64,000 bases of DNA from an uncultured virus (IMG/VR IMGVR_UViG_3300017995_000001) (IMGVR_UViG_3300017995_000001); one strand, 5' to 3'. Numbered from the stretch's first letter, positions 44,389 to 53,604 are shown. A program made the numbers and translations. The notes: a model not told the origin generated them from the sequence alone.

Positions 44389-44802
44389 TTACGGTTGCGG
44401 GACTGCGACGTACTGGACGACCACGAACCCGGACCCTACGGCCGGGGCGCCGCCGACCGTCACCAGGACGGCCGCGGGCCCGGGCCACACCGTGTCGTCC
44501 GCCGGCACGCTGTAGACACCGTCCGACGTCGGCACGCTGTCGGTGGTCGCCATCAGGAGGGAGGGGCTGCCGGCGTTGCCCACCTCGATCGTCGTGCCGG
44601 GCGAGTACGGCGTGTCGATGGCGAGGTACCTCTCGCCGACGACGGCCCCGTTCGGGATGGACGCGGCGGAGGTCTGCGCGGCGGCCGTGCCGATGGGGAA
44701 CCGGACTTCCACGACGCTCGACGCCTGCGGACCGTTGCCGGCGGCGGGCGGCTTCGGGTAGGTCTCGCGCGCGTACCGGCCGCGACCGACGATGTGGCTC
44801 AT
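44389..44802 (-). CDS. Small beta-sandwich putative virion protein with N-terminal GRGRYARETYP tag
   Basis: MSHIVGRGRYARETYP; ends GSGFVVVQY. Confidence 0.7.
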   Translation of the reverse strand: MSHIVGRGRYARETYPKPPAAGNGPQASSVVEVRFPIGTAAAQTSAASIPNGAVVGERYLAIDTPYSPGTTIEVGNAGSPSLLMATTDSVPTSDGVYSVPADDTVWPGPAAVLVTVGGAPAVGSGFVVVQYVAVPQP

Positions 44803-44895
44803 GAGGCGGGACCCCTTTCCGGGTCACGGGGGACGTGACTGTCTTGTCAATCCCGATTCTGCCCGAGATCGGGCCCGGAAGCGAGCCTGTAGTCC

Positions 44896-45129
44896 CTAAG
44901 CGGCCGCGGCGCGGTCGATGCTGGCCTTCGTGGCGACCGCCGCGGCGGCGCCGACCAGGACGTCGGCCCAGAGCGGGGCGCGCAGGGTGTGGGCGAGCAG
45001 CCCCGCCGCGGCGCCCGTCATCAGCGCCGCGTACCGCGGGGACACCGTGCCGGAGGGTGTGGTGGCGACCGAGTCGCCGAGCGCGAACCCGGCGACCGGG
45101 CGGCCGCCGAGCGAGACGGTCTCGGTCAC
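44896..45129 (-). CDS. Small membrane protein
   Basis: VSLGGRPVAGFALG; two hydrophobic helices. Confidence 0.55.
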   Translation of the reverse strand: MTETVSLGGRPVAGFALGDSVATTPSGTVSPRYAALMTGAAAGLLAHTLRAPLWADVLVGAAAAVATKASIDRAAAA

Positions 45130-45326
45130 GGCGCCGGGTCCTTCGCGGGCTCGGGGTCCTGGTAGAGGTGCACAAGGGACGCGGCGGCGGTCAGCGCGCC
45201 GCCGAGCAGCCACGCGCTCCACGGCGGGAGGCCGAGGTCGTGCAGGTGCAGCAGGCCGTAGCCGGCGAACGCGCCGACGCCCGTCGCCAGGGTGACGCTC
45301 ACCTTGGAGGAGGTCTTCACTCCCAT
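45126..45326 (-). CDS. Small two-TM protein (holin-like)
   Basis: Two hydrophobic segments; adjacent to transglycosylase. Confidence 0.5.
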   Translation of the reverse strand: MGVKTSSKVSVTLATGVGAFAGYGLLHLHDLGLPPWSAWLLGGALTAAASLVHLYQDPEPAKDPAP

Positions 45327-45351
45327 CGAGGATAGCTCCCGCCCGGGCCGC

Positions 45352-45918
45352 CTACAACGGGTAGGCGTCCGGCTCCGGGAACTCCGGCGCTCGCCGGCGC
45401 GCGCGGCTCGCGTAGGCGGCGAACCCCGCGGCGGCGGCGAGGGCGAACCCGCCCAGGGCGGCGGCGAGCGCCGCCGACCCCCCGGTCCGGGTGGGCGGCG
45501 TGACGGGGACGGCCCAGGGCGCGAGCGGCTCCTGCGAGGGCGCCCCATAGCCGGGCGGCAGGTACTTCCTGTACGCGCCGCGGCTGACCGTCAGCCACCA
45601 CGGGTTCAAGTTCGCCCCGCCTGCCGAGCGCGCGTAGGCGATTTGCGCGTTGTAGGCGGGGTCGGTCAGTCGCGCCGGGTCGACGCCGCCCGACAGGGCA
45701 TTTATTTGCCAGAGGCCGATGCTCCACTCCTGCGCGACGGGCGTGCCCGCGGGCAGCCCGAACTTCGCGCGGATCTGGTCGTCGGACAGGCCGCGCGTGT
45801 CGTTGACGGCGCCCGGGTCGCCGCCGCTCTCGGCCATCGCGATGGCCGCCATGAGGTCGGGGTCGGGGAAGCCGGCGGCCGCGGCGACCGCGCGGAGCTG
45901 GGCGAGGGAGAGCTTCAC
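45352..45918 (-). CDS. Lysozyme-like/SLT lytic transglycosylase with C-terminal membrane anchor
   Basis: AAIAMAESGG...SIGLWQIN...DPAYNA; C-terminal TM segment followed by RARRR. Confidence 0.8.
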   Translation of the reverse strand: MKLSLAQLRAVAAAAGFPDPDLMAAIAMAESGGDPGAVNDTRGLSDDQIRAKFGLPAGTPVAQEWSIGLWQINALSGGVDPARLTDPAYNAQIAYARSAGGANLNPWWLTVSRGAYRKYLPPGYGAPSQEPLAPWAVPVTPPTRTGGSAALAAALGGFALAAAAGFAAYASRARRRAPEFPEPDAYPL

Positions 45919-45934
45919 GTTGGCGATCTCGATC

Positions 45935-46315
45935 TTACAGCATCACCGCGAGCCACTGGATCAGCGTACCCGTCCGTTCCCCTCGTTCGGCGCGCTGCTG
46001 CAGTTCGAGCATGACCGCGGCCGTCTCGCGAGCGTCTAGACGAGGTTCGTGATCGTTGGCCACCAGGAACGTGAGCATCGCGGCCGACGCGGCGCGCTTG
46101 TTCCCGTCCATGAAGATGTGTCCTTGTACGATGTAGACGGCGTACGCGGCGGCCAGTTCTTGAGGTGACTCGTAGTACGAGTTCTTGACGGCTTGCACGG
46201 CGGCCTCGACGCCTTCGTACTGCGCGCCGCGGTGGCCACCTCCCTCTTCGCCCCCGTACTGTTCGAGGAGTTGGTCGTGCATCACGACCACCCACTCGGC
46301 CGACAGGAACTTCAT
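45935..46315 (-). CDS. doc: Doc/Fic-family toxin
   Basis: HIFMDGNKRAA. Confidence 0.85.
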   Translation of the reverse strand: MKFLSAEWVVVMHDQLLEQYGGEEGGGHRGAQYEGVEAAVQAVKNSYYESPQELAAAYAVYIVQGHIFMDGNKRAASAAMLTFLVANDHEPRLDARETAAVMLELQQRAERGERTGTLIQWLAVML

Positions 46316-46584
46316 CGCGTGGCTCGTCGGGGGCGAGCCGATCGGCCTGCGTCGTAGTCGGCCAGCTGCTTGAAGGCCGGACCGTACCGGCGCAGCACCG
46401 TCGCGAACGCTCGGCGGAACGACGCTTCAGGCAGGGTGTCGTCCTCCGGCTCTACGACGAGACTGCGCCCGACGATCGAGAGTCGGACGGGACTGCTGGC
46501 CTCGATCCCCATCGCCTCGGCTACGTCGCGCGGGATGAGGACGGCGAGGCTGCCGCCCACTTTGGTGATGGTTCGGTGCACCAT
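46312..46584 (-). CDS. AbrB/MazE-family antitoxin
   Basis: ITKVGGSLAVLIPRDVAEAMGI; ends AFKQLA. Confidence 0.85.
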   Translation of the reverse strand: MVHRTITKVGGSLAVLIPRDVAEAMGIEASSPVRLSIVGRSLVVEPEDDTLPEASFRRAFATVLRRYGPAFKQLADYDAGRSARPRRATR

Positions 46585-46590
46585 CCATCG

Positions 46591-46619
46591 GTTATACGCG
46601 CGTACAACTATTGGGTCAA
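46591..46619 (-). promoter_or_regulatory. Sigma70 promoter with operator palindrome
   Basis: TTGACC-17 nt-TATAAC; GTTGTACGCGCGTATAAC imperfect palindrome. Confidence 0.75.
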
Positions 46620-47165
46620 CTGTCGGGCGATTTTATCGGCCCACGGACCGTACGACGCCGGGTGCAGGCTGTCCGGCGCCATCGGCACGTTTGGCGCCGG
46701 CACGACCGGCACACCGAGCGACGCGATCGCGGCGCGCGCGGCGGGCGCGTTGACGGCGGCGGGCGGCTCGACCCAGACGACGCGCGTGCCGAGTCCGTGC
46801 AGCGCGCGCGCGATGGCCTGGTAGTTCGCGGGGTCGGGGTGCGGACCGTCGTTGACGCCGAGCGAGACGAGCGTCACGTCCGGCTTGAACGCCGCGAGCC
46901 AGTCGCCGCACTGGCCGCAGGCCGGATCGTGGTTCACCCACTGCGAGGTATTCGTTCCTACATGGCCTTCTGCTTTGAAGTCCGGCAGCAGCTTGGCGAG
47001 CTGCGGCCAGAGCCCCACCGCGTACGAGTCGCCGACGAGCGCGACGCGCCTGGCGGCGGGCGGCGCGGGACCACTCTTCCTGGACGCGACGAGCGCCGCG
47101 ACGCCGGCGACCCCGAGGGCGGCCGCACCGGCGAGGACCGCCTTCCGGGTCGTGTCGGGGCGCAC
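46608..47165 (-). CDS. Membrane-anchored SGNH/GDSL hydrolase
   Basis: GDS, GVND and DSLHP blocks; N-terminal TM segment. Confidence 0.85.
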   Translation of the reverse strand: MRPDTTRKAVLAGAAALGVAGVAALVASRKSGPAPPAARRVALVGDSYAVGLWPQLAKLLPDFKAEGHVGTNTSQWVNHDPACGQCGDWLAAFKPDVTLVSLGVNDGPHPDPANYQAIARALHGLGTRVVWVEPPAAVNAPAARAAIASLGVPVVPAPNVPMAPDSLHPASYGPWADKIARQLTQ

Positions 47166-47174
47166 CCCCCGAGT

Positions 47175-47768
47175 CTACTCGACTCCCGTGCTCGCGTGCA
47201 GGTCGCCCCCGGACGCGTCGGTGCCAGGGTGGAACGGGAACCGAGTCACCCACGCGCGCGCCGTCTCGAGGCGGTCGTGGGCCAGCCTGCAGCGCGGGTA
47301 CGCCTCGCCGGAGTACCCGCAGAGGCCGATCCCCTTTTCTAGACTCGCGCGCGCCTTCGCGAGCGCCGCGCGGATCACGGCCTTCCTGTCCGCGGCCAAG
47401 GTGAGCCGATCCTGGACAGAGGCGTCGGGCAGGAACACCTGCCAGAGACCCACCGAGCGCCCTCCGTCGCAGTCGCCCGCCTTGATCCACTGCGGGTGCG
47501 TCTGGCGCCACGCGGGATCGAGGCACTTGCCCGTGTCGATCCACGACGCCCACGATCGGCCGGTCTCGTAGTGCGCGATCGACACCAGTAGCAGGGCCGT
47601 CTTCTGGCCGTCCGCGTCGTCGGCGAACGCGCGCGTCTCGGACACCACGACGGTCGCGATGTCACCCGCGATCGACTCGCGGCGGTCCGCGTGCATGCTG
47701 GGGACGATGGCGGAGAGGACCGACGCGACGTAGAGGGTGAGGGCTGCGATAGGGTTCATCCGACTCAT
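47175..47768 (-). CDS. Exported lysozyme-like/transglycosylase-like protein
   Basis: Signal-like N-terminus; SIAHYETG...CDGGRSVGLWQV. Confidence 0.6.
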   Translation of the reverse strand: MSRMNPIAALTLYVASVLSAIVPSMHADRRESIAGDIATVVVSETRAFADDADGQKTALLLVSIAHYETGRSWASWIDTGKCLDPAWRQTHPQWIKAGDCDGGRSVGLWQVFLPDASVQDRLTLAADRKAVIRAALAKARASLEKGIGLCGYSGEAYPRCRLAHDRLETARAWVTRFPFHPGTDASGGDLHASTGVE

Positions 47769-47800
47769 CTACCGCCAGGACTTTGCCGGGGGCAAGCTCC

Positions 47801-47829
47801 TTGCGCATCGTGCGATCGTGCGATAGTAT
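47801..47829 (+). promoter_or_regulatory. Sigma70 promoter
   Basis: TTGCGC-17 nt-TAGTAT; ATCGTGCG twice in the spacer; ATG 7 nt downstream. Confidence 0.6.
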
Positions 47830-47836
47830 CGTCCGC

Positions 47837-48019
47837 ATGTCGCGCTCCCGATCTACTCCCGAACCGCTCTCGCTCTCGACCTTCCGGACGCAGCCAGGCG
47901 AGTACGTGCGCGACGTGGCGCGGGGCGGCAAGCGTTACCTGCTGACGAAGGCCGGGAAACCGGTGGCCCTCCTCATACCGGTCAACGCTCTTGGAGGAAA
48001 ACTCTCTGAGGATGATTGA
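47837..48019 (+). CDS. Phd/YefM-family antitoxin-like protein
   Basis: LSTFRTQPGEYVRDV...YLLTKAGKPVALLIP. Confidence 0.75.
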   Translation: MSRSRSTPEPLSLSTFRTQPGEYVRDVARGGKRYLLTKAGKPVALLIPVNALGGKLSEDD

Positions 48020-48024
48020 CTGAG

Positions 48025-48306
48025 ATGCCCGAACTTTCACGCTTCTACAACATCGTCATCACGATGTTCTATCGCGACCACAACCCGCCGCACATTCACG
48101 CGTACTACGGGCATCGTAAGCGCCCGGAGTGGGCGGCGCAGATCGACATCCGAGACGGTTCCGTTCTGGACGGCGACATCCCGAGTCTCGCGCTGCGTCT
48201 GGTGGAAGAGTGGATACGCATCCATCAAGACGAGTTGCTCGATGCTTGGAATCGCGCAGTTGAGGGACAGGCTCCCGGCAAGATCGCGCCGCTGAGGGTT
48301 CGATGA
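48025..48306 (+). CDS. DUF4160 protein
   Basis: MPELSRFYNIVITMFYRDHNPPHIHA...WIRIHQDELLDAW. Confidence 0.85.
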   Translation: MPELSRFYNIVITMFYRDHNPPHIHAYYGHRKRPEWAAQIDIRDGSVLDGDIPSLALRLVEEWIRIHQDELLDAWNRAVEGQAPGKIAPLRVR

Positions 48307-48542
48307 AGCGTCATCGGCACCACCCTCTCATCTGGATGGTCGAGTGGCTCGAGAAGAACGAGGTGCGGCTCTTCTTTTCCACCGGGCGCATCGTCGAGCT
48401 GAAGCTCCCCGTCGCGTCTGCGAAGAGAGCGAAGATCGTGGACAACGGACTCGGGCTCGATCCGGGTGACGGCATGGACATGTGCGCTGTTGAATTGCAT
48501 AAGCAGCCAGGTAAGGTCTGGACCCAAGGGCACTGGACCTGA
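48303..48542 (+). CDS. DUF2442-like protein (divergent)
   Basis: VEWLE..VRLFFSTG...GMDMCAVEL; follows DUF4160. Confidence 0.55.
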   Translation: MKRHRHHPLIWMVEWLEKNEVRLFFSTGRIVELKLPVASAKRAKIVDNGLGLDPGDGMDMCAVELHKQPGKVWTQGHWT

Positions 48543-48567
48543 TGCGTTCGGACCTCGACACTGCCGG

Positions 48568-48834
48568 CTAACCTCGTCGAGCCACGCACTCCTCGACCGC
48601 GCGGTGCAGGTCCATGACGCGGGCGACCGCCTGCGCCCGCTCCTCGGGCGGCGGCGACCGGACCTTCCACGACCGGAAGAGCGCCTGCAGCGCGACGGCC
48701 TCGCGGCGCAGGTCGACGACCCCCTCGCTGACCGGCAGCGCGTCGAGCCGGCGCACGGCCTCGCTGGCCGTCTGCTCGAAGAGCGCGATCGTGCCGGAGG
48801 AGCGGTGGGTGGGCGGGCCGTCGGCGTCGGTCAC
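48568..48834 (-). CDS. Hypothetical helical protein
   Basis: ORF with plausible codon usage. Confidence 0.5.
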   Translation of the reverse strand: MTDADGPPTHRSSGTIALFEQTASEAVRRLDALPVSEGVVDLRREAVALQALFRSWKVRSPPPEERAQAVARVMDLHRAVEECVARRG

Positions 48835-48853
48835 GCCGAATACACTGGCACGG

Positions 48854-49507
48854 CTACGCGCCCAGGACCATCGAGGGCAGGCGCATCTTCTTGTCCCTTA
48901 CTACGAAGTTGCAGTCTGCCGCGAACCGGCCGCTCGGCAGCGCGAGCTGCTGAGTCGGGTACGCTTGGTAGACGCCGAAGTCCGCGACGGAGATTTGCTG
49001 AACATTGGATAGTGACCGCCAGTACCCTACGAACGGCAGTTCGTAGAGCGCCATCGGCGACAGCGGCACCTCGTCGCCGACATACACCTCGGGAGCGAAC
49101 CCGCGCGCGATGATGCTGCGGGCCCAGGCAGCACCGTACGCGCCCGCCTGCTCCGGGGTGCAGCCGGCCATCCCCTCCAGGTCGCACGCCAGCGTCAGCA
49201 GGGGCGACGCGCTGGCGGGCAGGCGGAGCGCTTCGGCACGGGCCAGCTCCCGCTCGGCGTCGGCCGCACCGCTCTGCGCGTCCCACCCCTCGACCCGACC
49301 CTCGCCGACGAACGCCACCCCTAGGCCGGCGGCGAGCAGGCCGTCCAACTCCTCGGCCGTCAGGTTCTCGAGGTAGCGGAAGGCGAAGGTGACGCCGGTG
49401 CGCGTGCCGGGCAGCACGTGCGCGGCGATCTCCTTCGCGACCTCGGCGGAGATGGGCGAGAGGCAGTCGATGCCGACGGCGCCGAACGGGATCTCTGCGA
49501 CTCTCAC
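48854..49507 (-). CDS. DUF1906/GH25-like TIM-barrel glycoside hydrolase; endolysin candidate
   Basis: GIDC...FAFRYL..LTAEEL...GL...CDLE...GF..EVY. Confidence 0.65.
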   Translation of the reverse strand: MRVAEIPFGAVGIDCLSPISAEVAKEIAAHVLPGTRTGVTFAFRYLENLTAEELDGLLAAGLGVAFVGEGRVEGWDAQSGAADAERELARAEALRLPASASPLLTLACDLEGMAGCTPEQAGAYGAAWARSIIARGFAPEVYVGDEVPLSPMALYELPFVGYWRSLSNVQQISVADFGVYQAYPTQQLALPSGRFAADCNFVVRDKKMRLPSMVLGA

Positions 49508-49959
49508 TGGACCTCGAAGGACAGCAGGAAGTTCATCAGCGCGCCCGACGCGTCGCGCGCGACGGGGACGACCAACTGCACCTCGACGCCGCCCCGGACG
49601 GGCAGTCCAGGCTCGGCGCGGACGTCGCACGTGGACGCGCCGGCCGAGATCGTCAGCAGCCTGCCGACCTCCTCGCCGCCCTCGAAGAGGCAGACGTCGT
49701 GCGGGCGCGGGCCGCCCGGCCCGAGCGTGTTGTAGCTGCCGAGCGCGCGGGCGCTCGCGTGCAGGTGCGCGCGCACGAGGACGCAGTCGCGCGGGAAGAC
49801 GAAGACGTAGCCGACCCGCGAGCGGGGTGCCTTGCGCAGGGTCGCCTCGGGCGCGGGCTGGAGCGAGGGGTCGCGCGGCAGGACGAACAGGTGGTCCTCG
49901 GCCGCGGGCGGCTGCGGGCTGATCGTCCCGACAGTGACGAGGTGGAGGCTGCCCGCCAT
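49504..49959 (-). CDS. Hypothetical beta-rich protein
   Basis: Coupled to the downstream gene. Confidence 0.55.
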   Translation of the reverse strand: MAGSLHLVTVGTISPQPPAAEDHLFVLPRDPSLQPAPEATLRKAPRSRVGYVFVFPRDCVLVRAHLHASARALGSYNTLGPGGPRPHDVCLFEGGEEVGRLLTISAGASTCDVRAEPGLPVRGGVEVQLVVPVARDASGALMNFLLSFEVQ

Positions 49960-50036
49960 TGCGGTTACACTGTAACACGGGCCGGGCGACGGGCGAGTGA
50001 ATTGAACCGGTGGCCGCCCCGTCTGTCCTCACCGAG

Positions 50037-50270
50037 ATGCTGACTGAAGACTCCTCCTGCCTGCTCCCCTCGGACGCCGAACTGCGGACCCTCAGCGACG
50101 ACGAGGTGAAGATCCTCGAGCGCGCCACGATGCTCGTGGTCGGCCTCCGGTTCGAGGCCGAGCGCCGGAGGCGCCGGGTCGAGAGGGCCGTGGGGTCGCG
50201 GCGCGACATGGTGCCGTACGACGGGGACCCGAACCTCGCGCCGGTCCCCGACGACGAGGTAGAGACGTGA
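50037..50270 (+). CDS. Hypothetical protein
   Basis: Coupled to the lipoprotein gene. Confidence 0.4.
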   Translation: MLTEDSSCLLPSDAELRTLSDDEVKILERATMLVVGLRFEAERRRRRVERAVGSRRDMVPYDGDPNLAPVPDDEVET

Positions 50271-50992
50271 GGGGCTCCGGCTGGGTCCTGGTCGCCGCGT
50301 GCGCCCTCGCCGGGTGCGGCGGGGCGCCGTTCACGACGGCGCTCGACTCGCCCGCCGCGCAGGACGACGGCGGGTCGGTCGCGGCGCAGGACGGCGGCCG
50401 CGACGACGCGCCGGCCGACCCGGTCGAGGCGACGCTGGACAGGCAGGCGACTTCGGGGGACGGGGGCGTTCCCGACGGCGCCGGGCAGGACGCTGGGCAG
50501 GACGATGGTGGCGGGGACGGCGGGGACGGCGGGGTCGACGCTCCGCGAGCCTGCGTCTCGGACCTGTCCGGGGTGGGGACCGGCGACTTCCGGATCGAGT
50601 TCACGATCGCGACCACCGACGCGCCCGCGTCGTACATGGCGCTGCTCAACCAGCGCACCCACTGCGACGACACCCGACCCGGGTGGGACGTGTGGATGAC
50701 GGCTGCCGGCGACCTCGGGATCGAGGTCTTCGACGGCTCCGCCGGCAGCTACGACAACGTCACGCACGACGGCCGCGCCGTCAACGACGGCGGCCCGCAC
50801 CGCGTCGCGGTCAGCCGCAGCGGCGGCGGCACGGTGCTCACCGTGAGCGTCGACGGAGCCGCGCGCAATTACCCCGGCGAACTCGCCATGGCGCTCGGCA
50901 CGCTCGCTCCGATGGACGAGGGCAGCGACCCCACGTGCACGGGCGTCAGTCCGATCTCGGGGCAGCTGACCGACGTCTGCGTCGCGCGCTGA
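50267..50992 (+). CDS. Lipoprotein with D/G-rich linker and LamG/ConA-like domain
   Basis: LAGC lipobox; DGG/DAG repeats; VNDGGPHRVAVSR...VSVDG. Confidence 0.75.
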   Translation: MRGSGWVLVAACALAGCGGAPFTTALDSPAAQDDGGSVAAQDGGRDDAPADPVEATLDRQATSGDGGVPDGAGQDAGQDDGGGDGGDGGVDAPRACVSDLSGVGTGDFRIEFTIATTDAPASYMALLNQRTHCDDTRPGWDVWMTAAGDLGIEVFDGSAGSYDNVTHDGRAVNDGGPHRVAVSRSGGGTVLTVSVDGAARNYPGELAMALGTLAPMDEGSDPTCTGVSPISGQLTDVCVAR

Positions 50993-51025
50993 GAACTGCG
51001 CGCGACTGAACCAGGAGATGACGTG

Positions 51026-51277
51026 ATGGCGTGGAGCCCTACGTGCTTGCAGTGCTCGTTCTCTCAGTTCCGCACGCCGTGTGCGGCGCACTCGAATGAA
51101 TGGCACTGCACGATGTGCGGCGAGTACCACCCTAAAGGGCTCAGCCACACGGAGGCTGCCGCACGCTGGCCGCTTCCGGCGGACGACGTGCGCGTCCACC
51201 CGCGTGCGCGAAATGGAAGAATAGATGGTTCGCGCGTGGTGCGCGGATCACGTACTCGAGATACGGATCAGGGGTGA
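51026..51277 (+). CDS. Small Cys-rich hypothetical protein
   Basis: AGGAG RBS; CxxC pairs. Confidence 0.4.
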   Translation: MAWSPTCLQCSFSQFRTPCAAHSNEWHCTMCGEYHPKGLSHTEAAARWPLPADDVRVHPRARNGRIDGSRVVRGSRTRDTDQG

Positions 51278-51846
51278 CCGATGACGCGGTTACGGAAGAA
51301 CGTCAGCGTGGGTCGCCCCCACGGCTCGCCCCGGCTCGTCGCACGCATCCACGCCGTGGCATCGGGCACGTGGTCGAAGCCGAACGCCGCGAAGCGCTCC
51401 AGCCAGTAGGGCTCTTCCTGCTCGTTGACGTGGTGCCAGCCACCCTGCCCGGGGCGCGCGAACGTCATCGCCACGCGTCGGCACTTCTGCAGCGCCGCCA
51501 TCCAGTTGGCCATGTAGGCGGCCTCGACGTGCTCGACGAACTCGGCGCACCACCCGAGGTCGTACGTGTCTCGAGGTACGTAGGGCGCGAGAGTGAAGTC
51601 GTGCTCGATCATCGGGTCGCACTGGCGCGCGGCCAGGCAGCGCGGGTCCCCCTCGATGCCGACGGCGTGCAGGCCCCGGTCGACGAACCACTTCGTGGAG
51701 AAGCCGCCGCCGCACCCCACGTCGAGGACGCTCTTGACGGCGTAGTCGCCGATCAGCCTCTCCCAGATGTCAGGCAGGAACGTGTAGGAGTCGACCTGCG
51801 TGACGTGCGACCCGCCGAGGTGCGGGTCCTGATGGGGGTCTGACAT
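51268..51846 (-). CDS. Class I SAM methyltransferase
   Basis: VLDVGCGGG; EFVEHV; GQGGWHHVNEQ. Confidence 0.85.
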   Translation of the reverse strand: MSDPHQDPHLGGSHVTQVDSYTFLPDIWERLIGDYAVKSVLDVGCGGGFSTKWFVDRGLHAVGIEGDPRCLAARQCDPMIEHDFTLAPYVPRDTYDLGWCAEFVEHVEAAYMANWMAALQKCRRVAMTFARPGQGGWHHVNEQEEPYWLERFAAFGFDHVPDATAWMRATSRGEPWGRPTLTFFRNRVIGHP

Positions 51847-51859
51847 GATCTCTCCTTCC

Positions 51860-52486
51860 TCAGGGTGGTATGTTCGCGTCGTACTGGTCCACAATGCGCG
51901 GGATCACCGTGTAGATCCGCAGCTGCGTACTCGCGTCGGTGGCCAGCATGGTGTCGACCGGCTTGCGCGCGCCGACCTGGTCGGCCACCTCGCACAGCGT
52001 CCTCAGCGCCTTCTTGCGCACGCAGTACGCGTGCGTGCACTGCGGGCGCGCGTCCGAGTAGACGTCGCCCCTGACGTGCATGCGCGACGCGGACGTGCAG
52101 CAGCTGCCCACGTACAGCATGTCCCAGTTATCCGGCACGTCGCGCAGTGCGGCGTCGAACCGCGCGCGCCAGTTCGGCTCGAAGCGGGCGTCCGACTCGA
52201 CCACGAAGAACGCGTCGTCGGGCAGCAGCAGCAGCGCCGCCCAGAGCGCGCGGTGCGACAGCCAGCACCCGGTCGGCATCATCCCGATCGAGTGGGTCTG
52301 GTCGGGGTCCTGCGGTGCGATGACGGCGGAGGTCACGACCGCGTTGACGCCGATACGCTGCGCGTGGATGCCGTAGAACATCTGCGCGTCGACGCCGCGC
52401 TCGGCGAAGTGCGCCCGCATGTGGTCCGCGTGCGGCGTGAACTTGCCGTACCGGTCGTCGGTGAGGGTGACGCAGACGGTCCTCAC
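51860..52486 (-). CDS. Glycosyltransferase, family 25-like
   Basis: GCWLSHRALW...VESDA...WDMLYVG...THAY. Confidence 0.8.
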   Translation of the reverse strand: MRTVCVTLTDDRYGKFTPHADHMRAHFAERGVDAQMFYGIHAQRIGVNAVVTSAVIAPQDPDQTHSIGMMPTGCWLSHRALWAALLLLPDDAFFVVESDARFEPNWRARFDAALRDVPDNWDMLYVGSCCTSASRMHVRGDVYSDARPQCTHAYCVRKKALRTLCEVADQVGARKPVDTMLATDASTQLRIYTVIPRIVDQYDANIPP

Positions 52487-53604
52487 GACTGCACGTACCC
52501 CGCGTCGTAGGGCGGCCTGCCCGCCTTGCGCGCTTCGCGGTCAGCGGACAGCTCGTGGTCGGGCGCGGCGGCGTGCCACTCGCGCGCCAGCGCCCCGCTA
52601 TCGCCTTCGCAGAACGGGTACAGGGCGGACTCCGGGATCGCCCCGGTCCGGCACTTGTCCCCGATGGGGCAGGCGCCCCGGCATACCCGCTCCTGCACGT
52701 CGGCCGCGTACCCGTCGGGCAACTTCCTGTTGACTCGGCGGCCCGTGATCTCGTTGTGTCGTAATATAGCGTAATTGCACTGGAAGGAGTCCTGGTTGCG
52801 GATCCCCCCGCCGTAGCCGACCTCCCTGCCGGTCTCGGACTTGGTCGGCGGCTCGACGACGTAGAGGTCGCGGTGCATGACGAGCGAGCAGCCCGCCTTG
52901 ACGACGCGCGTGCCGAACTCGCAGTCCTGCAGCGACTTGGTTCCGTCCATTAACTCGTCGAAGCCGTTCAGGGTGACGGCCACGTCGAGCGGCACGAGCG
53001 AGTAGCCGAAGTAGTGGTGCTCGTGGCAAGGTGACACGACGAGCGCCGGGTCGTCGACGAACCGGGCCGCCCTGTGGTCCATGGTGTAGATGTCCTCCTG
53101 CGAGAAGCCGTGCAGGTCGAACTGCACGGGCGGGCACGGGCCGCCCGGCAGCTCGGCGGGCATCGGGCGGCTGCAGTCAGCACGATCGGCTACGCCGTAC
53201 CAGGCCACCGGGACCTTCCCCGCGCGGCAGATGGAGGACACGAGCTGCAGGTGGTGGGGCGGGTAGAGGTTGTTCTCGGCGCCCATCCACACGTACTTGC
53301 CGTCCGCCCAGACGAACCCGCGGTTGATCTGCGTCGCGAGCCCCACCCTGCCGCGCGCCTGCCAGTAGTTCGGGGTAGTCGGTACGTGCTTGACGGGGAA
53401 CGGCTGCGGCCGACCGCGGAACCAGTCTGGGCGCGTCTCCCACAGCGCGTCGACGAGCACCAGCTCGAAGTCGCGGAACGTCTGGTCGGCGAGCGTGCGC
53501 AGGAACGGCTCGAAGCAGTGCCACCCCGCCGCCTTGCCAGCGTACGGATAGTCGTCCCGGGCGGTGTAGATGAGGACCGTGATCTCCGGCTCAGTCATCG
53601 GCAA
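52483..53604 (-). CDS. GT-A fold (GT2-like) glycosyltransferase
   Basis: LADQTFRDFELVLVD; LNGFDE...QDCEFGTR. Confidence 0.75.
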   Translation of the reverse strand: MPMTEPEITVLIYTARDDYPYAGKAAGWHCFEPFLRTLADQTFRDFELVLVDALWETRPDWFRGRPQPFPVKHVPTTPNYWQARGRVGLATQINRGFVWADGKYVWMGAENNLYPPHHLQLVSSICRAGKVPVAWYGVADRADCSRPMPAELPGGPCPPVQFDLHGFSQEDIYTMDHRAARFVDDPALVVSPCHEHHYFGYSLVPLDVAVTLNGFDELMDGTKSLQDCEFGTRVVKAGCSLVMHRDLYVVEPPTKSETGREVGYGGGIRNQDSFQCNYAILRHNEITGRRVNRKLPDGYAADVQERVCRGACPIGDKCRTGAIPESALYPFCEGDSGALAREWHAAAPDHELSADREARKAGRPPYDAGYVQS

